Below are positions 18,216 to 30,855 of a stretch of DNA of 64,000 nt, piece after piece. The notes under the pieces are model-generated. The model was not told where the DNA came from and searched no databases. It saw only the letters and a list, made by a program, of their open reading frames with translations. Each line of letters begins with the position of its first letter. The stretch's first letter is position 1. The DNA is from Eledone cirrhosa (lineage: Eukaryota), in the NCBI GenBank assembly GCA_964016885.1, contig OZ024743.1:56482001-56546000 (forward strand), read 5' to 3'. A program made the translations under genes and the position numbers.

Positions 18216-18247
<32 letters not shown>

Positions 18248-18317
18248 ACATATACATATATACACATATACATATATACATATACACATAAGCATACATA
18301 TATACATACATTTACAG

Positions 18318-21300
18318 AATTTATCTATCTAATCTCTCTTTACGGACGATTTGTCGATTTGAGAAATGTTAGCAAAACTCTTGTCTATCCATTTTTCTGT
18401 AGTCCATTTGTTGACCAGTGTTTTTAAACTTTTATTTATGCTCGTCCAGAATGTAATCTCTCTTTTTTTTCCTCTCGGATTTTCAATTAATATTTTACAT
18501 GTTTTTAATAATATGCCTCATTCTGTTTGGACCCTTCTAAAAACTAACCTTCTCCTCTAAAGTTACCCATTTACCGCCCTCACACCACCAATTCCCACCC
18601 CCGCACACCACCATTGGTATTTGGTCCAATCATAACTCAGTGGTTTATAGTAAGTTCTCTTACAAACCTGTATAGCAAAGCTACCACCTTGGTTATTACT
18701 CTTTAAGTTTAGACTTGGTTGATTTTCGGTTTGCTAGGTGGACTGCGGAATTTGGAAAGTCTGAACACTCAATGACAATGACACAGATAAAGATAAATTC
18801 ACCTCCTGCTGCAGGACGAGAATGCAAGAACCCCTCTTTATTTCAGACATGGATGACCAACATAATTCCGTCTCCTACACCCCTCCAACCCATCCATTCC
18901 ACCCACCCAACTTCAGAGTTGGTACCATGAACGTAGGCACATTGAAAGGCCGCTCAAATGAGGTTGTAGAGATGCTTGAACGTAAGGAAGTTGATGTTTG
19001 TTGTGTTCCAGAGACTAGGTGGAGAGGTAGTTCTGCTAGATTCATCGTGGGTAAAAAACGATGCTATAAACTTTTCTGGGTGGGAAATGACAACGGACAG
19101 GGTGGTGTAGGAATTATGTTAGCTGAAAAATGGGTAGATAAGGTAATTGACGTAAATAGAGTGAATGACAGAATAATTGAATTAAGACTAGTTCTAAATA
19201 GAACTACTGTGACAATAATATCCGCTTGTGCACCCCAATCTGGTCTACCTGACGTTATAAAGGACAGGTTCTATGAGTCGTTAATGCTCACTACCTCCCA
19301 AATAACCGAGAGTGACTACTTAATTATTGCTAGTGACCTAAATGGTTACGTTGGACAACATTGTGATGGCTATGATGGAATCCATGGAGGCTATGGGTTT
19401 GGTAATAGAAATGAAGAAGGCTTCAGAATCCTGGAATTCTGTGACGTTAATAACCTAACTATCTGTAACACAAACTTCAAAAAACGAGAAAATCACTTGA
19501 TCACCTATAGATCAGGGGAACACGCCAGTCAGATAGATTATATCCTGATAAGAAGACGTGACAAAGTATCTGTTGTAAACACTAAATCCTTCCCCCGTGA
19601 AGAATGCACCTCCCAACATAGCCTAGTAGTTAGTAACCTCATAGTCAGGAATAGACGTATTCGGTGACAGAGGAGGACTACCTTGAAGAGAAGAATATGG
19701 AAGTTGAAGGACCCCACAGCCAGTGACAAATTTAAAAGCTTATTACTTGATGCTTTTGACAATAAGGAAGAGCAATTAGAGACATACAATATAGAGGAAC
19801 AGTGGGAATTCTTGAAGGTGAACCTGCTGAAAGTGACGGATGAAATCTGTGGCTGGAGCAGACCTATAGGCAGGAGGAGAGTAACTTATTGGTGGAATAG
19901 TAAGGTGGAGGAGACAATCAAGGCCAAAAAGCAGGCTTGGAAAGTATGGCAGGATGGGGGAAGTAGAGAACACTATCAAGTGGCCAGGAGAGAAGCTAGG
20001 AGACAAGTGTACTTTTCAAAAAGGGAAGCAGAGGATAGAAAGTTCAAGCATGTTCTACAACGTGAGGACCAAAAAACGTGAGGTGTTCAGGATTGCTAGA
20101 CAATGTGTCAAAGAAAACCGTGATATTGTCGGGGAGAAGTGTGTCCGTAATGATAATGGTGTACTTGCCCTCACTGATACTGATAAGAAGGTAGCTTGGA
20201 AGTGTCACTACAAGAGACTATTAAATGAGGAGAATAAATGGGAAAAAGATAGTCTGCCCCAAATCGATCAATTAGAAGGACCAGGGGTGCAAGTTAAAGG
20301 TAGTATAATAAGTAAGGCAATCAAAGATATGAAGACAGGCAAGGCAGCTGGGCTTTCGGAGATAGTTGCTGAGATATTGAAAGCATCTGGAATGGTGGGA
20401 CACACTATGGTTACCCGGATCATTAACCAAGTAATACAGAATGGGGTCATACCAACTGCATTATCATTAACTGTTACAAGGGTAAAGGGGATGCTCTAGA
20501 TAGAGGGAACTATAGAGGCATTAAGTTAGTTGAAGGTCACAGAAAGAATTATAGCGCAACTAATCAGAGAGCGAATTGATCTAGATGAAATGCAGTTTGG
20601 GTTTGTGTCAGGTAAAAGTACCACAGACACTCTTTTCCTTGTACGACAACTACAGGAGAAGTACCTAGCTAAAAGTAAACCCCTCTACTTAGCTTTTGTA
20701 GACCTGGAGAAAGCCTTTGATAGAGTCCCCCGCTCCATTATCTGGTGGGCTCTTAGAAAACTAGGTGTAGGTGAATGGCTTGTGAGAGCATTTCAAGCCA
20801 TGTATAAAGAAACAGTCAGTAAGGTTAGAATTAACAATGAATATAGTGAAGAATTTAGTGTAAAAGTTGGTGTTCATCAAGGCTCTCTCCTTAGCCCCCT
20901 CCTATTTATTATTGCCCTTCAGGCTATAACAGAGGAGTTTAAGACGGGCTGTCCATGGGAACTCCTATACGCCGATGATCTAACTCTCATAGCTGAATCT
21001 ATGGCTGAACTAGAGAAGAAATTCCAAATATGGAAAAGCATGGCCTAGAATCAAAAGGCTTTAAAGTTAACTTGTCTAAGACTAAAGTTCTAGTATGTAG
21101 AAAGGAAAATAGGGCACAGGTGCCCTCTGGGAAATGGCCATGCTCAGTGCGTAGGAAAGGAGTAGGTAGAAATTCCATTTTATGTCCCAAATGCAAACTA
21201 TGGGTACATAAAAGATGTAGTGGGATCACAGGTAAACTATCTAAAAACGTAGATTTTATATGTAGCCGAGGCTCAGGTGCAATAAGTAGCAAGTGCCCAC

Positions 21301-22316
21301 AGGATACTAGCTCCTTCTATTGCCCAGATGGTTCTATAGAAATAGTGGACACTTTCTGTTACCTGGGTGACAAAATCAGCAGTGGAGGAGGGTGCTCTGA
21401 AAGTACAGTAGCCAGAGTCAGAACGGGGTGGAAAAGGTTCAGAGAGCTTATACTACTGTTGGCCACAAAAGGTTTCTCTCTAAAAATGAAAGGCAGACTG
21501 TATGATGCCTGTATACGAACAGCAATGTTACACGGCAGTGAGACTTGGGCATTGTGTGCAGAGGATATACGCAGACTGGAGAGGAACGAAGCATGCATGC
21601 GCCGTTGGATGTGTAATAGTAATATACGTGAACAGCAAAGCATAAATGAACTAAGTGGGAAATTAGGAATAAGAGGGATCAGATGCTGTTTACTTGAGAG
21701 AAAACTATGTTGGTATGGTCACGTGATGTATAAAAAAGTGCCGGGCGATCAAAATTGATGGAGGCTACGGAGTAGATAGACCCAGAAAAACCTGGGACGA
21801 TTTGATAAATTCCAACCTTACACACTTACACCTCTCTAAGACAATGTCACTGGACGGAGATCTTTGGCGCCATGCAGTAATACAGAAGACCCGCTTTGCC
21901 TGTGTACAAACCGAAACCTACAGTCAGTAGGCACCTCTTAACCAAATATACACCACAATCCACTACTCCTACCCTATCCTCCCACTCCCACCAACACCAC
22001 CCTCTCTCTGTAAAGTTGGTACCACAACATCCAGTCCAAATAAATGAGATAATAACATCGAGATCGAGAAGGTGTCACAACAAAAAACACACAGTCCACG
22101 CTGTAATGTGGCCGTGTAGGTAACATAGTAAAAAGTTCCCAGTCCACACTGTAAATGTGGTTGGTGTTAGGAAGGGCATCCAGTCGTAGAAAACCTGCCA
22201 GATAGTCCTATATGAGCGAGACACTTTCACCCGACTAACCTTGCCTCAAATTGGGACAACTCCTGTCTAACCCATGCTAGCGTGGAAGATGGACATTAAA
22301 CGATGATGATGATGAT
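18318..22316 (+). mobile_element. Full-length degenerate RTE-clade LINE (APE-RT with PHD-like finger), copy A
   Basis: Fragments 18822-19667, 19683-20081, 19954-20499, 20530-21048 and 21030-21758 tile the protein of 55143-58163. (GAT)n tail. The 5' boundary is approximate. Confidence 0.9.
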
Positions 22317-22363
22317 CATCATCATCATCATCATGATGTATATATATATATACACATGTATAT

Positions 22364-22973
22364 ATGGTGGCTGCCAACTCGTTTTCGAGTACGGCCACTA
22401 CTTTATATCCATGTAGAAGAACTCCTACCGATGCGCTGAACAAGTGTGACTTTTTAGTCCAGCCAGCGACTTGAAAACTCTGGTACAAACACTACACTTG
22501 TGACAATTATTGACACATAGTGCTGAGCCCATGGTACCATGTGACGACAAGTGCAGAGAGATCTCCAGATATAAAGCAATGCCTGTGCCGTGAAGCTTTT
22601 ATAGTGAGCAAAGGCACTGCACAAAGCCAGTCCCACTCTCTTAACCAAGATGATATTTACCAAAAAGAAGAACAAGTCAACATCATTGGATACCATCAGG
22701 GCTGCAGGTGTTATATCAGAGTTTTCCTTCTCCTAGAATTCTGCCTTGACAAAGGCTAAGGGGTCATCTCTCCCGGTGATTTTGGATGGCCATTGACTCT
22801 TAAGAGCTCCTTTGCCCTTTGACAGGTTTTGTTTTTAGTCCTGCAGGATGTCCAAAGTCACCCTCCTCACCAAGAAACCTTGGTGGGGTTGCCAGTTTAG
22901 TCGCCAACGACCCGACCATGAGACAGGTTGTACTGGAATACATGTTACAAGTAGCACCAACTGGTGACCTGAC
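22364..22973 (-). mobile_element. Non-autonomous RTE-related element (~610 bp)
   Basis: Near-identical copies at 39076 and 50602; no real ORF; RTE-UTR-like ctaggagaaggaaaactctga motif on the minus strand. Confidence 0.75.
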
Positions 22974-22979
22974 ATATCA

Positions 22980-23011
<32 letters not shown>

Positions 23012-23130
23012 CATACATATATACATACATATACTCATACATATATACATACATATAAATACATATAAATACACATATATATACATATACATATACATAT
23101 ATATATACATATTTATACACATATATATAT

Positions 23131-23183
<53 letters not shown>

Positions 23184-23351
23184 CATACATATATATATAT
23201 ACATACATATATATATATATACATACATTAAAGACGTAAAATAAGAAAATTTTAAAAATTAAAAATTAACTTACTTACTAAAATATAACTTATATATTTG
23301 CTAGCATTAGTGTACATCTGTACGCATATGTTGGTAAATATACTAATTCTC

Positions 23352-23397
<46 letters not shown>

Positions 23398-23539
23398 CAT
23401 ATATATATATATACATACATATATATATATATATACATACATATATATATATATATATACATACATATATATATATATATACATACATATATATATATAC
23501 ATACATATATATATATACATATATATATATACATACATA

Positions 23540-23575
<36 letters not shown>

Positions 23576-23841
23576 CATACATATATATATATACATACAT
23601 ATATATATATATACATACATATATAGGGAGCAGCGGCTGTTAGGGCAAGACGTGTTTTCTTGGGCTCTGCTAGAGTCAGCAGCAACACACAACCACGTGT
23701 TGCTACACACACACAAGAGGAAAGAGAAAATTTAAAAATTTATGAGACCAATAGAGATATGTACATTTATATATTTATATCTAGATTTGCTATTATCATT
23801 TACAGTCCCTCTGTGTTTAATGTATGTTCATTAGTATATGT

Positions 23842-24150
23842 GTTGTTATTTCTGCTTGCATTTTGCATATATACATATATATATATATATATATGCTTGC
23901 GTGGACCCCTCTCAAAAATTCGTTGGATTTTCTAATTGGATACCCCAACACTGGATACCAACACTGAATACACCTGAACTTCTACCAGGAAATCTTTCGT
24001 TGTCATTTCTGCTTGCATTTTACATATATAGATATATATATCAATGGTTGCGTGGACCCCTCTTAAAGATTCGTTGGATTTTCTAATTGGATACCCCGAA
24101 ACTGGATACCAATCACTGAATACACCTGAACTTCTACCAGGAAATCTTTC
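23842..24150. repeat. Two-copy ~155-bp tandem repeat
   Basis: Units 23842-23998 and 23999-24150. Confidence 0.85.
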
Positions 24151-24466
24151 ATATCAGTGAAAATTTTCTTTTCTTTGCTTCATATATATATATTATATAC
24201 ACTTGTCCGCCATTGCAAAAGGCCATAAATTCAAAATTTTGAAGAGAGAGGAAAAGAGAGAAGTGATCTATGAACTTGTAACATCTCACTGACCCCCCCC
24301 CCCCCCCGTCACCACAATAACAATAACGCCTACACTCGCTCCCCACCATCACCACATTACTCTAAGGTCGCTGTCCTGTACCCTGTTGACATACTGCTGA
24401 CTCTCTTTTGATGTATGTATGTGTATGTGTGTGTATATGTATATCTCAGTGGATGCGACCAGATTT

Positions 24467-24750
24467 CAACACAGCAACAACTACAACAACAACAGCAGCA
24501 ACACCAACAACAACAACAACAGCAACAACACCATCGTCTGTGTTGAATGTGTGTGTATGTATTTGTATATATGCGACAGCAATAACAGCATCAACACCAT
24601 TGTCTGCAGCAACAGCAGCAGTGAAATGAAGGACAACAACAACAGTAACAACTACAGCACCAACAACTGCCACCACCATCACTGACCATCCACCACCACC
24701 ACGCTGATACCATCCACCACCACCACAGTGACACCATCCACCACCGCCAT
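24467..24750. repeat. (CAA)/(CAG)/(CAC) trinucleotide low-complexity tract
   Basis: Read directly from sequence. Confidence 0.9.
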
Positions 24751-25039
24751 TACCAGCGTAAACAAACAATTATTATTGTTATTGTTATTATATACAAGCC
24801 GAACTGGACTGGGAAAGGTCAACAGTTGACATGATAGTGATTTTGACGATTTTGACTTTGATTTTGATTTTGTATCAGTACTGTCGGTAATATATGTATA
24901 TATATATATATGTTTGTGAGTGGTGTGTGTGATTGTATGCATGAATGAGTGTTGGTATGTGTGGTTGTGGTTTGTATGCATGAGTATTAGTGTGTGAGTC
25001 GTGTCAATAAGTTTTTTTTTTTTTTTTTTTTTTTTTTAT

Positions 25040-28000
25040 GTAAAATGGAGGGGTAGAGAGGGCCCTTGAGTCTAGTAAGACATCCTCTCTAGTGCTGGTG
25101 GCACAAATAAAAGCACCCAGTCCATGCTGTAAAGTGGCGCTGGTGTTAGGAAGGGCATCCAACCAGTGTATCAATGCCAAAAAGCTTATCAGCACAGCAA
25201 CAAAACAGCATAGAAAAATATGAAGACGTCGCATCTCAGAGTTGCAACACTTAATGTTGGCACTCTCAGAGGTAGATCTGCTGAAATAGCGGAGATGCTG
25301 GAGAGAAGGCAGGTGGATGTGTGCTGCGTGCAAGAGGTGAGATGGAGAGGTGCCTCTGCGAGACTAGTCGTAGGCAAGCGTCTTAGCTATAAGCTATTCT
25401 GGGTAGGTAAGGATGATGGGTTAGGGGGAGTAGGCATTTTCCTGGCTGAGAAATGGATCAATAAGACAATAGAGGTAGTTCGAGTTAGTAATCGAATAAT
25501 TAAGCTTAGATTAGTTGTAGGTAGGAGACTACTGACAATCATCTCGGTCTATGCTCCCCAAGCAGGCCTAGGCAAAGATGAGAAAGACTGCTTTTATGAG
25601 CAACTTTTGCAAACAACCACAATGACAGGACGGAGACTTCAATGGTCATGTTGGACAGCTCCAGGATGGTTACACTGGGGTACATGGTGGGCACGGTTAC
25701 GGTTCAAGAAATGAAGAAGGAGTGAGACTTCTTGAATTTTGTGATGCAAGTACATTGACTATTTGCAACACAAACTTCCAGAAACCTGCCAATCACCTAA
25801 TAACCTACAAATCTGGTGAGCACATAAGCCAGATTGACTTCCTGCTAGTTAGGCAGCGGGACAGGCAGATAGTGTCTAATACCAAGGCATACCCTGGGGA
25901 AGAATGTACCCCACAGCATAGGTTAGTTGTTAGTGATATCTCAGTAAGCAAGAGATGGAATGAGACATATAGGAAGGTGTGGAGAAGAAAGGTCTGGAAG
26001 CTAAAAGACCTTTCACTAAAATTCAAATTTAGGAAAGCCCTTCAAGATGTATATGACGAAAAAGAAGACGATTTAGAGACGTATGACATAGATAATAACT
26101 GGAAGTTCTTACGTGACAACTTGCTGAAGGCTACTGATGAAACCTGTGGCTGGAGCAGAGCTCCAACCAGACAGAGAGTGACCTGGTGGTGGAACAGCAG
26201 TGTAGATAAGGCTATTAGAGACAAAAGACTAGCATGGAAGGCTTGGAAAAAGGGTGGGAGTAGGGAAGAATATACAGCCACTAAGAGAGAAGCTAGACGT
26301 CAGGTGTACTTAGCACGCAGGGAGGCAGAGAGTAGGAGGTTTGCCAATGTTCTGCGACGGGAAGATCAGAGGCGTGCGGTGTTCCACATTGCAAGGCAGT
26401 GTGTCAATGCAAATCAGGATGTTGTTGGTGATAAATGTGTCTGGGATGATGCCGGTGTACTTAGTGTCACGAATGACCAGAAAAAGGAGGCCTGGAAATG
26501 TCATTATGAGAGACTGATGAATGTGGAGAACGAATGGGAGAGAGAGAAATTACCCTTGGTAGATCCGACAGAGGGACCAGCTATTGAGATTGACGAATAT
26601 AGGGTCCAAGAGGCGATTAGGGAAATGAAAAATGGTAAGGCGGCCGGACCATCGGGAATAGTTGCTGAGATGCTGAAGGCATCAGGGGACGTAGGCACTA
26701 AACTGGTTGCACGCATAATCAATCAGGCTATATATGGTGGTGTCATACCCAAAGACTGGTGCAGCAGTATTCTCATAAATTGCTACAAAGGTAAAGGGGA
26801 TGCTTTGGAGAGGAGCAATTATAGGGGTATAAAACTGATAGATCAGGCTATGAAAGTGGCAGAAAGGATTTTAGCACAACTAATTAGAGAAAGGGTCAAA
26901 CTAGATGAGATGCAGTTTGGTTTTGTGCCTGGGAAGAGTACAACAGATGCCCTCTTCTTGGTGAGACAAATGCAAGAGAGGTTCTTAGAGAAGAATAAGC
27001 CACTATACTTAGCCTTTGTTGACCTAGAGAAGGCCTTTGATAGGGTACCCCGATCTGTCATCTGGTGGTCCCTAAGGAAGCTGGGTGTTGAGGAATGGCT
27101 TGTAAGGACAGTGCAAACTTTGTACAGAGGTACTCTCAGTAAAGTCAGGGTAGGAATGGAGTTTAGTGAGGAATTCCAGATACAAGTAGGAGTACATCAG
27201 GGTTCGGTCCTCAGCCCGCTCTTGTTCATTATAGTCCTCCAAGCCATAACAGAGGAGTTTAAGACTGGCTGTCCATGGGAACTTCTCTATGCTGACGATC
27301 TGGCTCTTATGGCAGAATCAGTAGAGGAGCTAGAGAATAAATTCCGGCTATGGAAACAGCAGTTGGAAGCAAGAGGACTGAGAGTAAATCTAGCTAAGAC
27401 AAAAGTGTTGATGAGTAGAAAAGAGGACAAAACCCTGATTCCGTCAGGGAAATGGCCATGTTGGATATGCAGAAAAGGAACTGGCATAAATTCTATAAAA
27501 TGCACACAATGTAGGTCCTGGGTACACAAGAGATGTAGCGGGATAGCAGGCAAACTAACAGGTAGGGAGAAATATGTATGCAGTAGATGTACAGGGAAAT
27601 TAGACAGTAGAAGTCGCACTGATAGACACATTTTTCAAATGCGAGAGGGCGCTATAGAAGTGGTGGATAGCTTCCGGTACCTAGGAGATCAGATTAGCAT
27701 GGGAGGAGGGTGTTCCGAGGCCATAGTATCTAGAATAAGGACGGGTTGGAAGAAGTTTAGGGAGCTGCTTCCTCTGTTGACGAAGAAGGGTTTCTCCTTG
27801 CGTACGAAAGGCCGGTTGTATGATGCCTGTGTGAGGAGCGCGATGCTGCATGGTAGTGAGACATGGGCAGCAACCGCAGAAGATATGCGACGGCTGGAGA
27901 GAAATGAGGCAAGCATGCTCCGTTGGATGTGCAGTGTAAATGTGCGTGAACGACCCAGCATAAATGTGTTGAGAGAGAAACTGTGTCTGAGAGGGATAGA

Positions 28001-28295
28001 ATGTAGTGTACGGGAGAGGAGACTGAGGTGGTATGGACATGTGATGCGCATGGAGGATGACCGATGGGTGAAGAAGTGCCAGGAAATGCCAGTTGAAGGA
28101 AGACGTGGTAGAGGTAGACCACGAAAAACATGGGCGGAGGTGGTGAGAACAGACCGCAGATCATTGAAGCTCGCGGTGGAGATGACGAGGGACCGTGACG
28201 AGTGGAGAGATGCTGTGCTGAATAAGACCCGTCCCACCCTTGCAAGCAGGGAAAAGCGGATGTAAAATGATGATGATGATGATGATGATGATGAT
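25040..28295 (+). mobile_element. Near full-length RTE LINE, family B, with one frameshifting deletion near 25625
   Basis: APE N-terminus 25220-25714 (TLNVGTL, CVQE) and ORF 25722-28265 ([25 protein letters not shown]). (GAT)n tail follows the stop directly. Confidence 0.92.
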
Positions 28296-28330
28296 ATACA
28301 TACATATATACATACATATATATATATATC

Positions 28331-28535
28331 GATCGACTTTCAGCAAATCAGACCAAGGAAACAATGTTTCCATTGGTCTTTCCAGTTGCTAATACTATCT
28401 ATCGGTCGCAAGTCCAGGTAGAAGGAGCAATGTGAAATAAAGTGTCTTGCTCAAGGACATAACGCATCACCCGGTCCAGAAATCGAAATCACAACCTCAC
28501 GATTGTGAATCCAATTCTCTAACTACTCAGCCACA
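28331..28535 (-). mobile_element. Truncated tRNA-derived SINE (second family)
   Basis: The minus strand has a tRNA-like head (tggctgagtagttagag...tttcgatttc) and the tccttgagcaagacactt domain, but a different body. Confidence 0.7.
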
Positions 28536-28554
28536 TACATATACATACATATAT

Positions 28555-28737
<183 letters not shown>

Positions 28738-28746
28738 TACACACAT

Positions 28747-29095
28747 GGAGGCACATGGCTTAGAGGTTAGAGCATTAGCCTTGCAATCGAAAGGTTGTGA
28801 GTTCAATTTCTGAGACCGGGTGATGTGTTGTTTCCTTGAGCAAGACACTTTATTTCACATTGCTCCAGTTTACTCAGGTGTAGAAATGAGATGATAGGGA
28901 CTGGGGTTCATATCATTCCATTGCAAAGTGGTCATGGAGGTGCCATGGCAAAAAAAGCACCCAGCCCACACTGTAAATGAGGTTGGTGTTAAGAAGGACA
29001 TCCAGCTGTAGAAATTAAGCCAGAATCAGTTCCCGTCCCACCCTTGCAAGCAGGGAAAAAGCGGACGTAAAAATGATAATGATGAAGATGATGAT
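28747..29095 (+). mobile_element. tRNA-derived SINE
   Basis: Homologous to 15788-16124. Its 3' end matches the 3' end of LINE B. Confidence 0.9.
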
Positions 29096-29107
29096 ATATA
29101 TATATAT

Positions 29108-30782
29108 ATCATCATCATCACCGTTTTATGTCCGTTCTTCCACGCTAGCATGGTTAGACGGGTTGTCCTCTTGTGGGCAGTGTCCGGTCGGTTGACCATG
29201 CCTTGCTCATACAGGAACTGATTCTGGGTTGATTTCTACAGCTGGATGCCCTTCCTAACACCAACCTCATTTACAGTGAGTACTGGGTGCTTTTTTCTGT
29301 GGCACCTACACGTCCACTTTATAGTGGGAGGGTACGGGAACATATTGTCTATATGCTTCAGCTTCGGCTTGTGCCCGTGGGGGGTCGGACCTTCTGTATT
29401 ACTGCGTGATGCCAGAGGTCACGGTCGTGTGTCATCGCCTTTGAGAGATGTAACTGGGTAAGGTCAGCTTTTATCACCTCATCCCAGATCTTCTTGGGTC
29501 TCCCCACTCCGCGGTTTCCATCGACTTCTAGTGCTCTGCACCTTTTTATGCAGCTGTCATCCTTCATACGCATCACATGTCCATACCAACGCAACCGCCT
29601 CTCCTGCACACAGCATTTGATTCCTCTTATGCTCAATCTCTCAATTCATTTATGCTTTGCCGTTCGCGTATATTACTATTACACATCCATCAGAGCATGC
29701 AAGCTTCGTTTCTTTCTAATCTACGCAAGTCTTCCACAGACCATGTAACATTGCTGTTCGTACACACGCATCATACAGTCTCCCTTTCATTTTGAGGGAG
29801 AAGCCTTTTGCAGCTAGCAGTGGCAGTAGCTCCCTGAACTTCTTCCATCCCGTTCTTACCCTAGTTATTGTACTTTCCGAACACCCACCTCCGCTGCTAA
29901 TTTGGTCACCTAGGTAGCAGAAGCTGTCTACTGTTTCTACAGAGGCCTCCCAGAGTTTGGTGGTGCTTGTTTCCTGTGGCTGTTTGCTGCCCCAGCACAG
30001 CTGCTGCATGTGAAGCCTACATTCTTAGTTAAGCTTCCTGAGATCCCGCTACATCTCTTGTGTACCCATTGTTTGCATTTGGGGCAGAGAATGGAGTTCC
30101 TACCTACACCTTTCCTACATACTGAGCAAGGCCATTTCCCTGAGGGGATCTGGGTTCTGTTTTCTCGTCTACTTACAAGGACCTTAGTCTTTGTCAGGTT
30201 GACTTTGAGACCCTTTCTTTCTAGTCCCTGCATCCAAGTTTGGAATTTCTTCTCTAGTTCTACCATAGATTCAGCTATAAGTGCGAGGTCATCTGCATAT
30301 AGGAGTTCCCATGGGCATCTGGTCTTAAACTCCTCCGTTATTGCGTGCAAAACTATAATGAACAGGAGAGGACTAAGAACAGAGCCCTGGTGGACACCAA
30401 CCTGTATGCTAAATTCCTCACTATAGTCATTGCTAATCCTAACTTTGCTGACTGCTCCTCTATACATGGCTTGTACAGCTTTCACAAGTCATTCATCTAC
30501 TCCTAGTTTTCTAAGAGCCCACCAGATTACAGCACGGGGGGACTCTGTCAAAGGCTTTCTCGAGATCAACGAATGCTAGGTAGGGCGGCTTACTTTTAGC
30601 TAGGTACTTTTCCTGTAACTGCCTCACAAGGAAGAGGGCATCAGTGGTGCCTCTTCCTGGCACAGACCCAAATTGCATCTCATCTAGTTTCATCCGGTTC
30701 CTAATCAACTGTGCTATAACTCTTTCTGTTACTTTCATGACCTGGTCCATCAGCTTCATACCTCTATAGTTGCCTCTATCTC
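29108..30782 (-). mobile_element. 5'-truncated degenerate RTE LINE (same family as 58817-60643)
   Basis: RT fragments 30511-30759, 29937-30485, 29716-30009 and 29358-29636. Confidence 0.9.
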
Positions 30783-30818
<36 letters not shown>

Positions 30819-30855
30819 CATATATGCATCCATATATATATATATATATATATAT

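Noticed and set aside
22840-22973. HDV-like, twister or pistol ribozyme call for the 5' end of the short RTE derivative
   Set aside because: Only partial resemblances were found. The required pseudoknots were not conserved in the 34500 copy.
22454-23058. Recurrent 60-80 aa ORFs (MVSNDVDL..., MLSPWYH..., MTGFVFS...)
   Set aside because: They recur only because the repeat copies are near-identical, and they show no domain signature.
24149-24769. Possible host exon or poly-T/N/V protein
   Set aside because: It is trinucleotide low-complexity sequence with no convincing splice-site pair or domain.
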